Source: Orbicella franksi (taxonomy: Eukaryota). From it: DNA of 64,000 nucleotides. Below are positions 10,201 through 22,558 of the stretch, in pieces. The stretch covers positions 19,406,001 to 19,470,000 of the forward strand of contig OZ116699.1 in assembly GCA_964199315.1 (NCBI GenBank), given 5' to 3'. Under the pieces are notes generated by a model. The model did not search any database. It saw only the letters and a program-made list of their open reading frames with translations, and was not told where the DNA came from. How positions within the stretch are numbered: the first letter of the stretch is position 1; each line of letters starts with the position of its first letter. Both the position numbers and the translations under genes were made by a program.

Positions 10201-13010
10201 ACCTCGACTACGGTACAGCCACAACTAACAACTCTGACTACTCAAAGTACAGCGAGTACAGGAGCGACAACTACAATTACAACAGGCCAGCCAGAACAGT
10301 CAACGACAGTAACTACAGAATCGACGACCATTACACCAACGACTACGCCGGGACAGGAAACAACTAAGCCAACAACAAAACCAGGAATAACTAATGTCAC
10401 AACAGAACCAACCACCCAAACAACTCCCACAACAGGTACAGAATGCCAATGCGAGACTGGAGGCGGAAAGGGTGCGTTCAAAAGCACTAACGGCATGATT
10501 CAAGTATTCACTCGAGGGAAACAAGTACCGTTTTCGGTTGGAATCGCGTCTCAGAGAATCAACTTAAACCCCGATCGTTTTTGGGCAGGGATGTTGCCGG
10601 AAAAAGATGTGATGGACATCTTTCGAACAGCTGGAGCTTATATCTGATTGGTTATGAATAGTAATCGGAGAAATGTCGGGTTCATGACTGAACGAGGATT
10701 TACCAAAACGGCACTTGTTCCCCGACAGTTTTCGTTAGGCTTTTTTAGATGAGGCAATTTTCCAATGCAGCAAGTACAGAAACGCGAAATAGATGGAATA
10801 TGTGACCACCGTTTCCGATTCGTTAGTTTGAGTATTTCCTATCAGCCGAATTAATACATGTTATTTAAACCTTCAAAAAAAAAAGACTTGCACAATTCGT
10901 ATGAACGCGCCCTTACCGTCACGAAGTACAGTTCATTGAAAATTTGTCCTAATTTATTTAGTTTTAATTTCTTTGAGCTGACAAGAAACCTGTCTGTTTT
11001 CTTATTTTTCTTTCTCTGTTATAGATCTAACAGCAGCTTAACAAAAATAACACTTAAGTACACTTAACAGCTACCGCTGTAAGATTGATACAGAGGGGAC
11101 ATGCCCGTGGATCAGCAGATGGAAGTTAAATTAAGCACTAGCGATGTGGCTGCAAATGATTATCCACAAAACAAGTGGGTACCAGGCTACCCAGTCCTCA
11201 TCTCGCCTACTTTGGATATACATTTCAATCGTTTCCCACTAACCATGATAACATTTACAAATCATGATAACAGTTAACTGTGAAATTTGCCAATAAAAGA
11301 TATAGACGACTTCCCACGCACTTAATTTGGCAATCTTGTTCGGTTCCTCTTCTAACTCGAAGATTGTAGTTTACTTTCGTTACAACTTCTATATTAGTTT
11401 AATGGTCTTTAATGTACTACCGAAAAGTGACCAGCCTCAAACAAACCCATCCATGTGGAGTATCTATTTCAGTAATTTCACGGTGGTCCATATACCACAA
11501 TAATATTTCGCCAAACAAACAAACAAAATAAATAAAGTATATCATCCTTGGTTGAAACTAGTGCAATACCTGAATCATGACAATGCGTGTGTAACATAAA
11601 ATAAGTAAACAATATAAATTGACTGTTAACTGTGACATTAATTTCTTAGTCAGTAGGTTTTAGACCCTATAACCTTGATGCATGTAAGAGAACATTTCTA
11701 TGGATATTTGAGTGGTCTATTCTGCTATAATTTTGGTCCAGAAAAGTTCTATAAAATATTTCTTTTTTAACTTGTAGTAACGACGCCACCAACGCCTTCG
11801 ATGCCTCCTACGACACCTGCTCCTCCAAACCCGTGTGAGCCAAACCCATGTAAGAACGGAGGCACCTGTGAAGCTCAGGAGGGGAAATTTACCTGTTCCT
11901 GTCCCGATGGATACTGGGGAGAACTGTGTGAAGAAAGGGGTAAGAGAGCTTGTTTGAAATGAAGTTATCGGATAGGAGCGTCACACATAAAATACGGAAA
12001 CGAATGGTTGTCTTAGTTCACTAGAATTTCACAAAACGGCAGGATTAAAAGAAATAGCCAAGCTAGCATTTTATCCTTGAAATTTTTACTTCTTGTAGGT
12101 TGTGGTAGAATTGGAAAATTCGATGTCTGTTTAAATGTTTCTTGAAAGGGAAAAAGTAACTTCTTTCAGACTAGTCGCGCAGACTTGACAATTCTACCTA
12201 AACGTTGTGTATTTATCATTTGGTCGCGGTTAGGTCCAAATGCTGACGAAAGTAAAGACGCATTGATGCTAACAAACATGTACAGAGCTATGCATCAGGC
12301 TCCACCAGTAACCTGGAACAAGGAGATAGCTGCTAAAGCACAAGACTGGGCCGACAAATTAGCCAAAGAACAGAGACTTGTACATGAGAACGAAAGTTCG
12401 ACTGATTACGGCGAAAATCTGGCTGAGGTAGGAAGTGAAGACAAGGCCCTACTGCGAGCTATTGATGCATGGTATAATGAAGTGTCTCTGTACAACTATG
12501 AAGATCCCAAGTTCTCCACAGACACCGGCCACTATTCACAGGTAAGAACACGATTGCTTTAACATAAACCTAAAACAGTTATCACGTACTGTCCTAAGCT
12601 TTGAGCCTTCATACGATCAGGATATACTCGTCTGTTAAAACTATCTTGTGTAGAATTGGAATCAGAGTCGGAATCAGAGCCGACAGAATGGAATTAATGG
12701 CATTCGGTCGACAGCGCAACCTTGAAATGAACGAATGTATGAATTGAAAAATGTCTTACATCAGTGGCCAGATATGAATATCTATAATAATAATATCTTG
12801 GTTTTAACTTTAATACTTAACAATACATGATGATTTTAAGCCCTCTGGTTTATTCCGTTTCCTTTGCAGTTGGTTTGGGGTGCCACTAATGAAATTGGAA
12901 TGGCAAAGGCGAAAACCAGAGACAACACTAACGTGTACGTGGTGGCAAGATATAAACCAGCCGGAAACGTTGTTAATTTGTTTGAATCAAATGTAAAACC
13001 AAAACAGTAG
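6..13010 (+). CDS. 5'-truncated multi-exon gene: CAP/SCP domain - Ser/Thr/Pro cassette exons - mucin (PTS) domain - EGF - C-terminal CAP/SCP (GAPR-1/GLIPR2-like) domain; about 1,098 aa inside the window
   Basis: Hand-spliced exons in one open frame: 6-107, 918-1056, 1928-2104, 2558-2602, 3020-3064, 3896-3940, 4424-4522, 4990-5064, 5433-5471, 6520-6564, 6845-6889, 8606-10435, 11778-11939, 12234-12541, 12870-13010 (TAG). All have AG acceptors and GT donors (GC at 108), and the phases match (0, then 1 throughout, then 0). AATAAA at 13103-13108. Inclusion of each small exon is not proven without RNA data. Confidence 0.85.
386..821. mobile_element. PIF/Harbinger-type (Tourist-like) MITE
   Basis: About 45-bp imperfect terminal inverted repeats (GGCCCCAGTTATATGGTCTC...GAGACAACCCT / AGGGTTGTCTC...GAGACCATATAAATGGGGCC) flanked by a TTA target-site duplication at 383-385 and 822-824; no ORF. 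Confidence 0.8.
1513..1672 (+). mobile_element. 5'-truncated tRNA-derived SINE
   Basis: tRNA-like head with Pol III B-box GGTTCGAATCCC at 1542-1553, no A-box, followed by a T-run and a body I recognise from anthozoan SINEs. Confidence 0.7.
1795..1883. repeat. (TTTG/TTTTG)n low-complexity tract
   Basis: Directly visible; it generates the spurious F/L-rich and K/T-rich ORFs around 1689-2074. Confidence 0.9.
3499..3539 (+). pseudogene. Degenerate copy of the 45-nt cassette exon (pseudo-exon)
   Basis: Lacks the 4-nt GTAG at the exon start (41 nt, frame-breaking) and the donor is mutated to GCAAAG. Confidence 0.7.
4115..4231. repeat. (GATT)n/(GATC)n compound microsatellite
   Basis: Directly visible tetranucleotide array. 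Confidence 0.95.
7198..7290. repeat. (TTG)n/(TTTG)n microsatellite
   Basis: Directly visible. Confidence 0.9.
8606..10435 (+). CDS. 1,830-bp mucin-like Pro/Thr/Ser-rich exon (610 codons)
   Basis: Core of ORF 8506-10647; acceptor ACCAG|G at 8605/8606, donor AG|GTACAG at 10435/10436; symmetric phase 1; T/P/E/S-rich repetitive sequence. Confidence 0.85.
9784..10192 (+). repeat. Coding VNTR: three near-perfect 132-bp (44-aa) units
   Basis: ATAAGCACAGAGGAATCGACTCC recurs at 9808, 9940 and 10072; unit [44 protein letters not shown]. Confidence 0.95.
11778..11939 (+). CDS. EGF-like domain exon
   Basis: [35 protein letters not shown] shows the six-cysteine EGF spacing; TTGTAG acceptor, G|GTAAGA donor, phase 1-1. 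Absent from the ORF track. Confidence 0.92.
12234..13010 (+). CDS. C-terminal CAP/SCP domain, GAPR-1-like (exons 12234-12541 and 12870-13010)
   Basis: [15 protein letters not shown]...AQDWA...LVHE...YGENL...[20 protein letters not shown]|[14 protein letters not shown]...[13 protein letters not shown]; the conserved His-Glu-Glu-His tetrad is present. Confidence 0.93.
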
Positions 13011-13378
13011 AATTTACAGCGCAAAAGGGCAACTTCTTTGAGCCCAGCGAAGTTTTAGAGTTAATTCAAGATAAACGTGAAAGATAGAATGCACGCGCTT
13101 CAAATAAAGTAACATTTTTAAGTGTACATGTTGCTGTTGTATTTTGTCATTCCTCTTCACTGTCATCCACGTTTGGTTTTAAATCGTTCTCTATAGTTTT
13201 GTCGAATTCACTATTTTACTTTCAAAAGGTCTGTGGCAGCAATGCTCTGATGAAAACGAAGAGCTTCAGGAATATTCCTATTGAATGAATATATTTTTTT
13301 TTTAGCCCACAATCTCTGCTACTTTTACACCAATGGTCTTCCCAAACAAAATTCAGACCTGATTTGCTTGCACCGCCC

Positions 13379-14127
13379 AAGTAAGGTCAAACATATCACT
13401 ATTCATGATCAGCTTACATGACGATTTCAATTCACAGATAGTGCACCGCTGGACGGTTGCACAGAAAATGGACAGAATGTCAAATACTTTCCTGTTGAGA
13501 AAGAGTGGTAAGGGGTATGTGGATTAGATTCCCTAAGTCGCTTGTTTAGAAAGGATCATTTGACATTCATGGAAGGAATCATGAATTATAAGTGTATTCC
13601 TAAATAGAGTTCAGCGGAATAGCAAACCTATACAAACGGGCTGATATAATAAGAAAGTTTAAAGCTCATCGAGACTCTTTCTTGGAATACATGCATAAAT
13701 TGTCACTCTTTATGACTAACCCAATATTTTATATAAATTATTCATTCGCTCAAGTAAGTAAGGTCAAACATATCACTATTCATGATCAGCTTACATGACG
13801 ATTTCAGTTCGCAGATCGTGCACCGCTGGACGGGTGCGTAAAAAATGAACGGAATGTCGAATATTTTCCTGTCGAGAAAGAGTGGTAAGGGGTATGTGGA
13901 TTAGATTCTCTAAGTCGCTTGTTTACGACGGATCATTTGACATTCATGGAAGGAATCATGAATTATTAGTGTATTCCTAATAGAGTTCAGCGAAATAGCA
14001 AACCTATACAAACGGGCTGATATAATAAGACAGTTTAAAGCTCATCGAGATTCTTTCTTGGAATATGTGTATAAATTGTCACTCTTTATGACTAACAAAT
14101 ATTTCATATAGTTCATTCATTCGCTCA
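13379..14127. repeat. Two-copy tandem direct repeat, period about 377 bp
   Basis: GTAAGGTCAAACATATCACTATTCATGATCAGCTTACATGACG starts at 13381 and 13758; both units end in TTCATTCGCTCA. Confidence 0.92.
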
Positions 14128-17100
14128 GCAGTACTTGCAGCGGCGGTGTTCCGATCCCTGTAAATTTGAGGAGCAAGAGTAATTAAATCAGCCGGTTTTA
14201 CGTGTGATTCATTCGCTCCTCTTATACATTCGCTCAACAGAATCTGGGTGTACATCTCTCGTGAACCAAATGAATAAGTAATATACAGATTTTATAGTTC
14301 CCAAAATTAATGTGACCATTTCAAGCTGCCCGCCGCGTGAGCTTGAAGTAGATGCAAAAGAGCCTTTTTCTTTCTTCATGCTATCTTACACCAACTTTCT
14401 TTTAAAACTAGTTGTTAGTTTTGCTGAGCAACCTTCTTTCCTATGGAGAATATCGCAGTTTTATTTAACAATTTCCGTCGAAGAAGCTAGATCATTACTT
14501 TCTCAGTTCCGAGCAAAGAATGGAATGAGAATAGATTTGAAACCAAGAACTATGATTTTTCATTAGGTAAGTAAATGAAAGCATCTGGAGGTTCTAACTG
14601 GAACCAGAGGCTAAAGCTTGCGAAGTTAAGTATCACGCTGCAGACTTGCGAGCCAACCACAACAACCCCACATTTTTAATGAGATGATTTTTTCCTAAAA
14701 AAGAACATTTCTCAAAATATCCATATATATTACTTTCTTGAAGGCTACGTTTACTAGGTCTTCAGTGCTAAGCTCTCTGCTTTCTAAGATTTCACTTTTT
14801 CCCGGTCTCTACTGATTTGCGAGATCTTGGGCTTTCCGCCAGTGGACACAATATTAAGGAAAGGTCGACCCTCTCGGGTTTCTCAGTTTTCTAGGAAACT
14901 TCGTAATGACGCACTTTCAGTGTTGTATAAACAAACCTAGCAACGAGAATTCAATATACCTCCAACCGCAAAATCATGATCGTGATTTAGTTTTAGTTCT
15001 TTTAGTCAGGGTAACACGAAGACATAGACTCCCTGAAGAGTGATAAGTAATTAAGATAATTTTATTTTATATATTTTTGATCCTGTCAACTCCGACTACA
15101 GTTCCGGTGTTATTTAAGGCCTTAATAAAACCGCATTGCTCAATATGTCGCAATCGTTTGATTTCCTAGAAACAGGAAAGTCAAATTGACGCTCTGAATT
15201 CGTGGAATTAGGTTTTCACTAACAAAAGCCTTTGAGCATATTACTACAACTCACATATTTGGTATGCAAGCCCTACTCTGTAGTGGATGGACCAGTTGCA
15301 ATCATTTATTGAGTTTGGTTCATTTTAGAAGACTATTGCATATATTCCAGTGTCACACGAGTCATCATGATTTTTCTGCTACAAGCAATAGATATTCGAC
15401 GCCTTCGAGTTAAGACGGCATTTCTTAGGACCAGGCAGATAATACGGATTAGGGCAGCGCCAGGTTAGTATCCTTTGGATATTTATGAAGGACTGCAAAC
15501 GCAGTACTAAAGTATGCAGGTTCTTGCCTCACCCAAGTCATTCGTTTTATTTTATGAGTCTTTGGTAGCATAATTTATTACTGACAATCAACTCCATGAG
15601 AATGTATTCATCACAGTTTGAGCCGGTAAACTATTTACAGTTGAATTGTATTTTCTTACTGAAGAACCTAATATAGAGTTGAAATATACTTCTACATAAC
15701 TTCACATCCCGAATTGCCCGCTATTTCATCCTGATTTCTCAAATAAATCGAGACTATGGACGTATCGATTCATATTTGCCACACCTTAATATCTGCGGTA
15801 TTTCAGTGTTTACAGCATTAACTTAATTCTTCAAGAATTTGACGAATTCCCTTTATAATTCTCATGCAAATTCATGCATTGCTTTAATATCACTCCTAAG
15901 CTTAAGTTAAACACATTTATGATAATTTAGTTTCTGCATTTTAAAGTAGAAGTGACTTGCATATAATGGCAATGTTTGCTGCCTTGCGTTACTTTGTGGT
16001 TTTAAAGTGGGAGGAGCGTCGTCCTAGCTATTTTATCTCAGATCAACATTTAACAAAATAAATGATTTCTGAGAAACGTTTTGGAGTTTTCTGAGAAAAG
16101 AATTACTCAAAACAATGCTATGTTATTACATGACAAAAGAAGTGAAATATGAACCTAGAACTTAGAATGTCAAAGAACTCTAAGAAAAGCTTAACATGAC
16201 CAACAAAATAAAAACAAAAATACTTTTTGAAAAGTAATAACGTATTTTTTTTAAGATAAAAGAATAAGATTTGCGATTTCAGGTTTGAAATTAAAGTTTG
16301 AATCGATAGTGAATGCCAAATAGAAGGAAATGAATAATAAATCAAGTGATTGTTTTTTTAACACATGCATTTATGGGCTGTGTGATAACATGATGGGATT
16401 GATTAAACAAAATTGGTTTTAACACTGGCTTGAAAAAAATTAAGATTGAAATTCTAAAATAAAATAAAGTGACAATGATGATGGAGAACAACTTTCAGGA
16501 TGTGAATATTTAACCCTTTAAGTCCATCGGACCTAAGGTCACAGTAGGAGAATCTTTGTTTACAATATTTGCCTCATTACCATAAGCGATACAGTTTCAG
16601 ATGGAGCTACAAAGAGATTAATACTGAATATTGAAAGCGCACAGGACTATTAACTGTTCCAAGGAACTTGAGCGCGATGTATTGAGTACTTTTTGTGTGA
16701 CGAGGGTTTAAAAGCTCGACATTTTACAAAGAATGTATCAGCTCATTTGCGCTTTTGCCACACAGAAATTTTGATGTTTTTGAAAGCCAATTTCTCCTCG
16801 AATATTGCACCCAAAGAGCCAAAAATTTCACCACTTACTAAGTTTCACAAGTTCTTTACGTTTTTCTAGTAAAACCGTGTCTAGCATGATGCCTTCTATG
16901 CGCAAAGTCGTGTGTTAATGAGGAAAAATGTAAACAACGACGTCAGCAAAGATTCGCCTATAGAAATTGTCCTTACTGCCTGTAAATAGATTTTCTGTTT
17001 TTCTGTTGATCCTTTAGGAGAATTTGGGTTTTACTTCATTCTCATTTCTCACGATCAAATTTTCTTTGACAAAGCTAAAGAGAAGTAAAGGGGGTTGAAC

Positions 17101-17611
17101 AGTACTGCAGATTAAAAGAGATAGGAGTTGAACGGTATTGCAGACTAAAGAATTAGGCGGACAAGGTTGAACAAGTGAACGACCTCACTCGTATTTGCGA
17201 GGCGTTTCTGGGTTTCTTGTAGCCCCCAATTATAAAAACGTAGAGACAATAAACGCGAGTAAATTTATTTTAAGATAAATAACTCTAAAACGACAAAACA
17301 AGGGAGCGAACTCATTTCAGATATTAGAAGATGTTTGTACGTACTCGTTACTGCATGCTATGAACGAGAGCCTAACTACAATTTCCATCAAAATTATTTT
17401 AAATACAACGCTTATTCTAGTGAAACTCAACATCTATGAATCCTCCTTGAACGAAAAAATTGTAGTCAAATGTAGTACTAAATAGATTTTCAAAAATGTT
17501 TCCCTGAATAATGTCATTGTTTTTAAACAAACTTCCCATGTTTCGAAGAATCACAAAGACTATTAAAGCTCGCTCTCCGAAAATCCCCTTTTCACTTCAA
17601 AACAACAACGG

Positions 17612-17811
17612 NNNNNNNNNNNNNNNNNNNNNNNNNNNNNNNNNNNNNNNNNNNNNNNNNNNNNNNNNNNNNNNNNNNNNNNNNNNNNNNNNNNNNNNNN
17701 NNNNNNNNNNNNNNNNNNNNNNNNNNNNNNNNNNNNNNNNNNNNNNNNNNNNNNNNNNNNNNNNNNNNNNNNNNNNNNNNNNNNNNNNNNNNNNNNNNNN
17801 NNNNNNNNNNN
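17612..17811. other. Scaffold gap (200 N)
   Basis: Run of exactly 200 N. Confidence 1.
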
Positions 17812-20800
17812 AAATATTATAATTTGTAACTCACAACAACTTAAAGAGGTATACACCAGGAAACTTAAGATACACAACAGTGTTCAAGAGTCAAGTAACA
17901 TTATAACCAATAACAAGCAAACGGGAGAACGCCGTGACAATGAAACAGGTACATTGGTTGGAAGACTATAATACAGTGGTCTCAGTTCAACGTGCGAGTT
18001 ACAGAGGTAAGTAATAGAAATAAATGGTGCATTAAAAACATTTAAACAGTGAAGCTACTAGTTTATATCAATTAGAGCAAGGACATTGCTAAGGATTGAA
18101 GGTCTTATTATTCTGACCTCTTCTATTCAGAGAAAGACAACATACAAAAAACGTTGCTTGTTCAATTTAGCCAGCTGTAATCAAGTTATTACACCTTCAT
18201 CTAAAGGGCAATGCTTTTTACTTATTTTATTTTATCCTATTCTATTTTCATGTCGAGATCGATACGACCTAGATCGCAATTAATTAGATGCTCGAGCGGC
18301 ATGTTATAAACTGAGTTTACTTAATTTGTTATTGCATTAGACCATATTCATGCCTATCAGAGTGGTCAGTCGCAGGAATTCATTTGTGGAGTGGATTAGA
18401 AATATTACTAAGAAATCTGACATAATAAAGTGGCTTATATTGCCTGCAAAACTATAGCCAACGATAATGTATTTACAGGCTATGAACTGCAAAACATCTT
18501 GCAGCCAATCCTAGTGAACTCGTACCTGTTAAAAGCATGGTTGCCATGAGAGTCCTGCCAAAAACTTTAACCAGAAAAAACGGCAGGTTGGTACATGTAC
18601 CATGGTTAGTGCGAAATTGAAATGTGAAGAGCCATTTAATTGAGCAAAACTACTAAAAGGAAGGGCAGGTAACAAACTCATAAGGACATGCCTTGTGTAT
18701 ATTTATGGGAGGCTGTATCCTACGTTTAAATACAGAGTTGTGATAAAGAATTACATATGCTTTTATGCATCGTTTTTATATATACATTAATTTATTTCAG
18801 TTTTTTAACATAATTTGTATTGATAACCGAAAAGCAGCTCAGGGAAGAGTTCAATAAAGTCTTTTTCTCTCTGTGGTAATTCTGAAAAATGCTTTAAAAA
18901 TGACAAAACAGCTCCGTCAAACAGGCTGTTAAAAAATAAAACTAAACATAGATTTTTTCCTCGTAATGTAATAAACTACTAAATGTCATAACTTCAAGGA
19001 CACGACATTTAATACAACAACTACAAAGAAATCATACACAAATTTTCTGTATACTTATTTACATTAAGTATTCGTTTGTTGTGCATTGACTTGGTTTTGA
19101 AATGGAACAAAACATTGCATCGGAAAACAATGTTACAGATCCTTCTTTCAATTTAGCTTGTAACTGCTGATTTGGCTGAGTACATATTTACAATATTTTT
19201 TGTACAGAGCAAAAACAACTTTGAAACTGGCATGGGATTGTTTGGCACTGCAAAACGTCCACGGTCTATCAGAAGACGTGATCAGTTAGACGATGGAGGA
19301 ATAAAGGGAGTGAATGATATAATATGTTTGTTTTGATTTCATACCAATCAATTGCCATCCGGCTTAACCTTTCTTTCCACTTACGCCACGTATTTGAAAT
19401 CATGTAATTAAGAATAATTTTTTGTCAGAATATACCTCTACATCTCCAGCATAATCTATTATGCAGTCTAATTGATATACACACACATTTATATATTTTC
19501 AATAATACAGACCTTTTAATGGTCGTATCTTCCTAAAGTAGATAATAACATTATAATTCTTTAGTTGAAGTGGGGAGTGTCCAGGTCAAGTTGGTGTTTA
19601 AACATATTGTTGCATTCCTTGGTGTAATTTGAATAGAATATTTGTTTCTCTGAACCATACCTTGTAAACAGTGTTATCCTAAGAATAATAGCAAAATGTT
19701 GAAGTAATTACCATCTAATTTGTTTCAAATAAGCAAAGACAATCATTTAATTAGATACCAATTACTAAAGGTCTTCACAGATCGAGGACTAATGAGAGCA
19801 AACTGCTCCTGGAAAAAAGCATTACTTACTTTTCTATGCAATTTTTAGATGGTTCAAGTTTATGATGTCTTTAATTGTAACAAATTGTTAATTTGTTTTT
19901 GGATAATTAAATAATTTCTAAGAATTCTAAACAGTTAGAACTTTAGATTTAAATTTAAATATAAACACTGTTAACATGCATGGCACTAATACATGGTATT
20001 ATAGAATACATTTAGTTGAGTTATTACTTTAAGTTTCTTGAGCTATGTACTGTTAAAACTGCTTGAGGTCATTTAAAGCTTGTTAAGGGTAGTCCAAAGT
20101 TTGTGCAATAAACGTTAAACTACTAAGAAGTCTACAAACAACTTAAACAGCTAAAAAGGCTACTAAATTATGAACCACTAAGGTAGATTAGGTAGATTAG
20201 GCTGTTAAATCATTGACAGCAATAATCATAGTGTTAAATTTGTAAACAATTATCCTTAAAAGCAAAATGATTGTTACTGATTGCCAGTTTCCTAGTAAGA
20301 AACAGTTGAATCTTTGGGTAACTCAGATATGATAAATATTCACTTCTGTGCAGCAACGTGATAGAGACAAAGACTCTCATATTAGCTAACAAGATAATGA
20401 TTGATTGCAAACATAGCCAAGTTCACAAACATTTTTCTAAATTGATGCCCTAGTTTTTGCTCCTCTTCCACATTGCACACCCTAATTTATAACGCATTAT
20501 TTATCTTTCTAGTCTTGATCCACGTGTCCTTGAAGGAAAGGTGTCGAGTACAATGTACACAAAATAACAGTCACGGCGAAAGAAAACATCCATGACGCCA
20601 AAAGAGATGTTCAGTACAGAGAAACTGTTCAGTGGCGAAAATGAGAGCATAGTGATAACAATAGAAACGCCAGCACAACACTGACTATAGAAGGGAGAAA
20701 GGTAACTTCAAAAACATTATTATTTCTTTGAGATAACTTTTCCTTTTTATATCTATCAAAACTTTAAACACCGTATTGATATATTGTCAAAAAATGGGTT

Positions 20801-22558
20801 CAAAAGAAGTAAAGAATTACAACCTTGGTGTTGTCAAAAAAGGAACAAAGAAAACGACAAAGGAAAAATTCGTCCAAGTAAGACCTTGGCATTTATTCTC
20901 GATAGCTGCTAAGTAAAACGTGTGCCAAGCACAATCATTTAAAGTGTTTATAAAGTGTTTAATTCAACTGATATTACTTTCAAATTTGTAAGACTAACAA
21001 GATTTCCTCAAACCTAAGGTTAACATTTGAGTGGTACAACTTTGAACCAGGCGAATACAGAACTAAAACCCGAAGTATTCATGAGCAACACAGAAACCAA
21101 GAAACCTTGCCATGCCATTCACGATGACGGTAATAATTGACAACAGTTAGGGAGAATGGACTGAAAGACTTGGGGTTAAGATTATTTTTGAAGTTATAAA
21201 TCTAGCAAGTACAAGCTATTGAGAGTTAGGTGGATCTGTTTTAGAATTATATAAAATCACGAAAAAAAAACTATCAGAAACAGCAAAGGACTACAAAGTC
21301 GTACCACATTTTAGTGGAATTGTATTAACCCCCAAGAAATGCTTTTTGGTCACCAGAAAATCTAAAATTTGCAGAGCGAGTAAAGAGACTAAGAAAATGA
21401 AAAAATAGTAACCTTTTTTTTTTTATTCAAATGCTAACATAACATTACCACCATTTAAACAAAGCCATGCAATAGTTTCGTGGGGCGTTGTAGAACACAA
21501 AATGCCTTGGCTCGAGGAAGAGTGCTACTTTTTTCCCAAATTGACCTTTGTTCACCATATTTCTATTTTTCTAATTGTTCTATACCAAAGCAACCACAGA
21601 ACATTTATTATCTTTCCAGCAAACAGAAAAGGTTATTGAAGATTGCGATCCCCACGGCCCAACTCACATTTGAGTTCTACAATTTTCCAAGTGATCAAAG
21701 GAACATGGGAGTTGAGACATACAGTAACCGCGCAATCTCAGTTTTCAGCCTTGCCCCAGATCAAAGCAACACGCAAATAACAGAAGCGTTCTTCCAACGT
21801 TAATCTGCCAAAGGTAAGTAGCACGCGCACATAAAATCAACACACAGACAATGTGTACCAGGAAATACTTCATTGGCAAAAAGAACGAGGAAATAAATCC
21901 CCTTACATCTACAAATTTGGCATCGATTCATGAAGTAAACAAACGCAATGGCATGTTGAATTGTTATGGACAGAAAAGGAGAAATGAAAAGCAATTTAGT
22001 TGAGTAATACTGCTCAGTTCAGCTTTCTCAGAGTCGATTAATGAATTTTTCACTTTAGTGAACACTTCAGACAAAAGAATATCTTTGATTTGTGTGTATT
22101 ATGGTTAACGGCGCTTCTATGCAAACGCTTTACACGGTGACGCAAGCCATGACAGTGGTCCAAATTGCTATACTGCGCACTATCTCGTAATATAGATTTA
22201 GGTCTCTTAGATACATCGTACGATCAATTTATTCATTGCAAACAACTGAAATACTTTTTCTGCATATAAGGCCTAACAAAGTGTTTTACTTGGAAAGCGA
22301 AGTTTGCATTTAGCATTACGCCTGGAGTAGAATGATAGGTGTCGGTTAATATGACAAAAGACGAACAAAGGGTGGGATGGGAAAAGATAAGAATGGAACG
22401 CAAAAACTAAATTATGCAACAACAAATGAAAAATAAGTGTCCAGCGGAAGTACCTGCCTACCTTTTCCATATACTGGAAATGTGTTCATATTTCATATTA
22501 AAATGTTCCTCCAAGAATGTAACAAATCAATATTTCTTTATTCTTTGTTTTTTCAGAA

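Noticed and set aside
10436-10647. C-terminal tail of ORF 8506-10647 (TECQCETGG...AYI) and its first 33 codons
   Set aside because: Read-through into introns; composition changes at the splice sites, and phase-compatible EGF and CAP exons continue the gene.
16510-17100. Possible piggyBac-like MITE starting TTAACCCTTTAAG
   Set aside because: The right end matches only loosely and there is no second TTAA; probably an old repeat, boundaries unsupported.
17511-17877. ORFs spanning the first N gap, and the equivalent ones at 40005-40370
   Set aside because: Artefacts of translating N runs.
19059-19678. Chain of small minus-strand exon-like segments (19661-19678, 19513-19532, 19436-19467, and one starting at 19265)
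   Set aside because: Splice-like sites are phase-compatible, but one intron would be only 45 nt, the last segment stops after about 36 codons and the peptide resembles nothing.
20513-20701. Exon-like segment with a good acceptor and donor upstream of A
   Set aside because: Stops in all three frames; it could be an extra 5' UTR or lncRNA exon but cannot be supported without transcripts.
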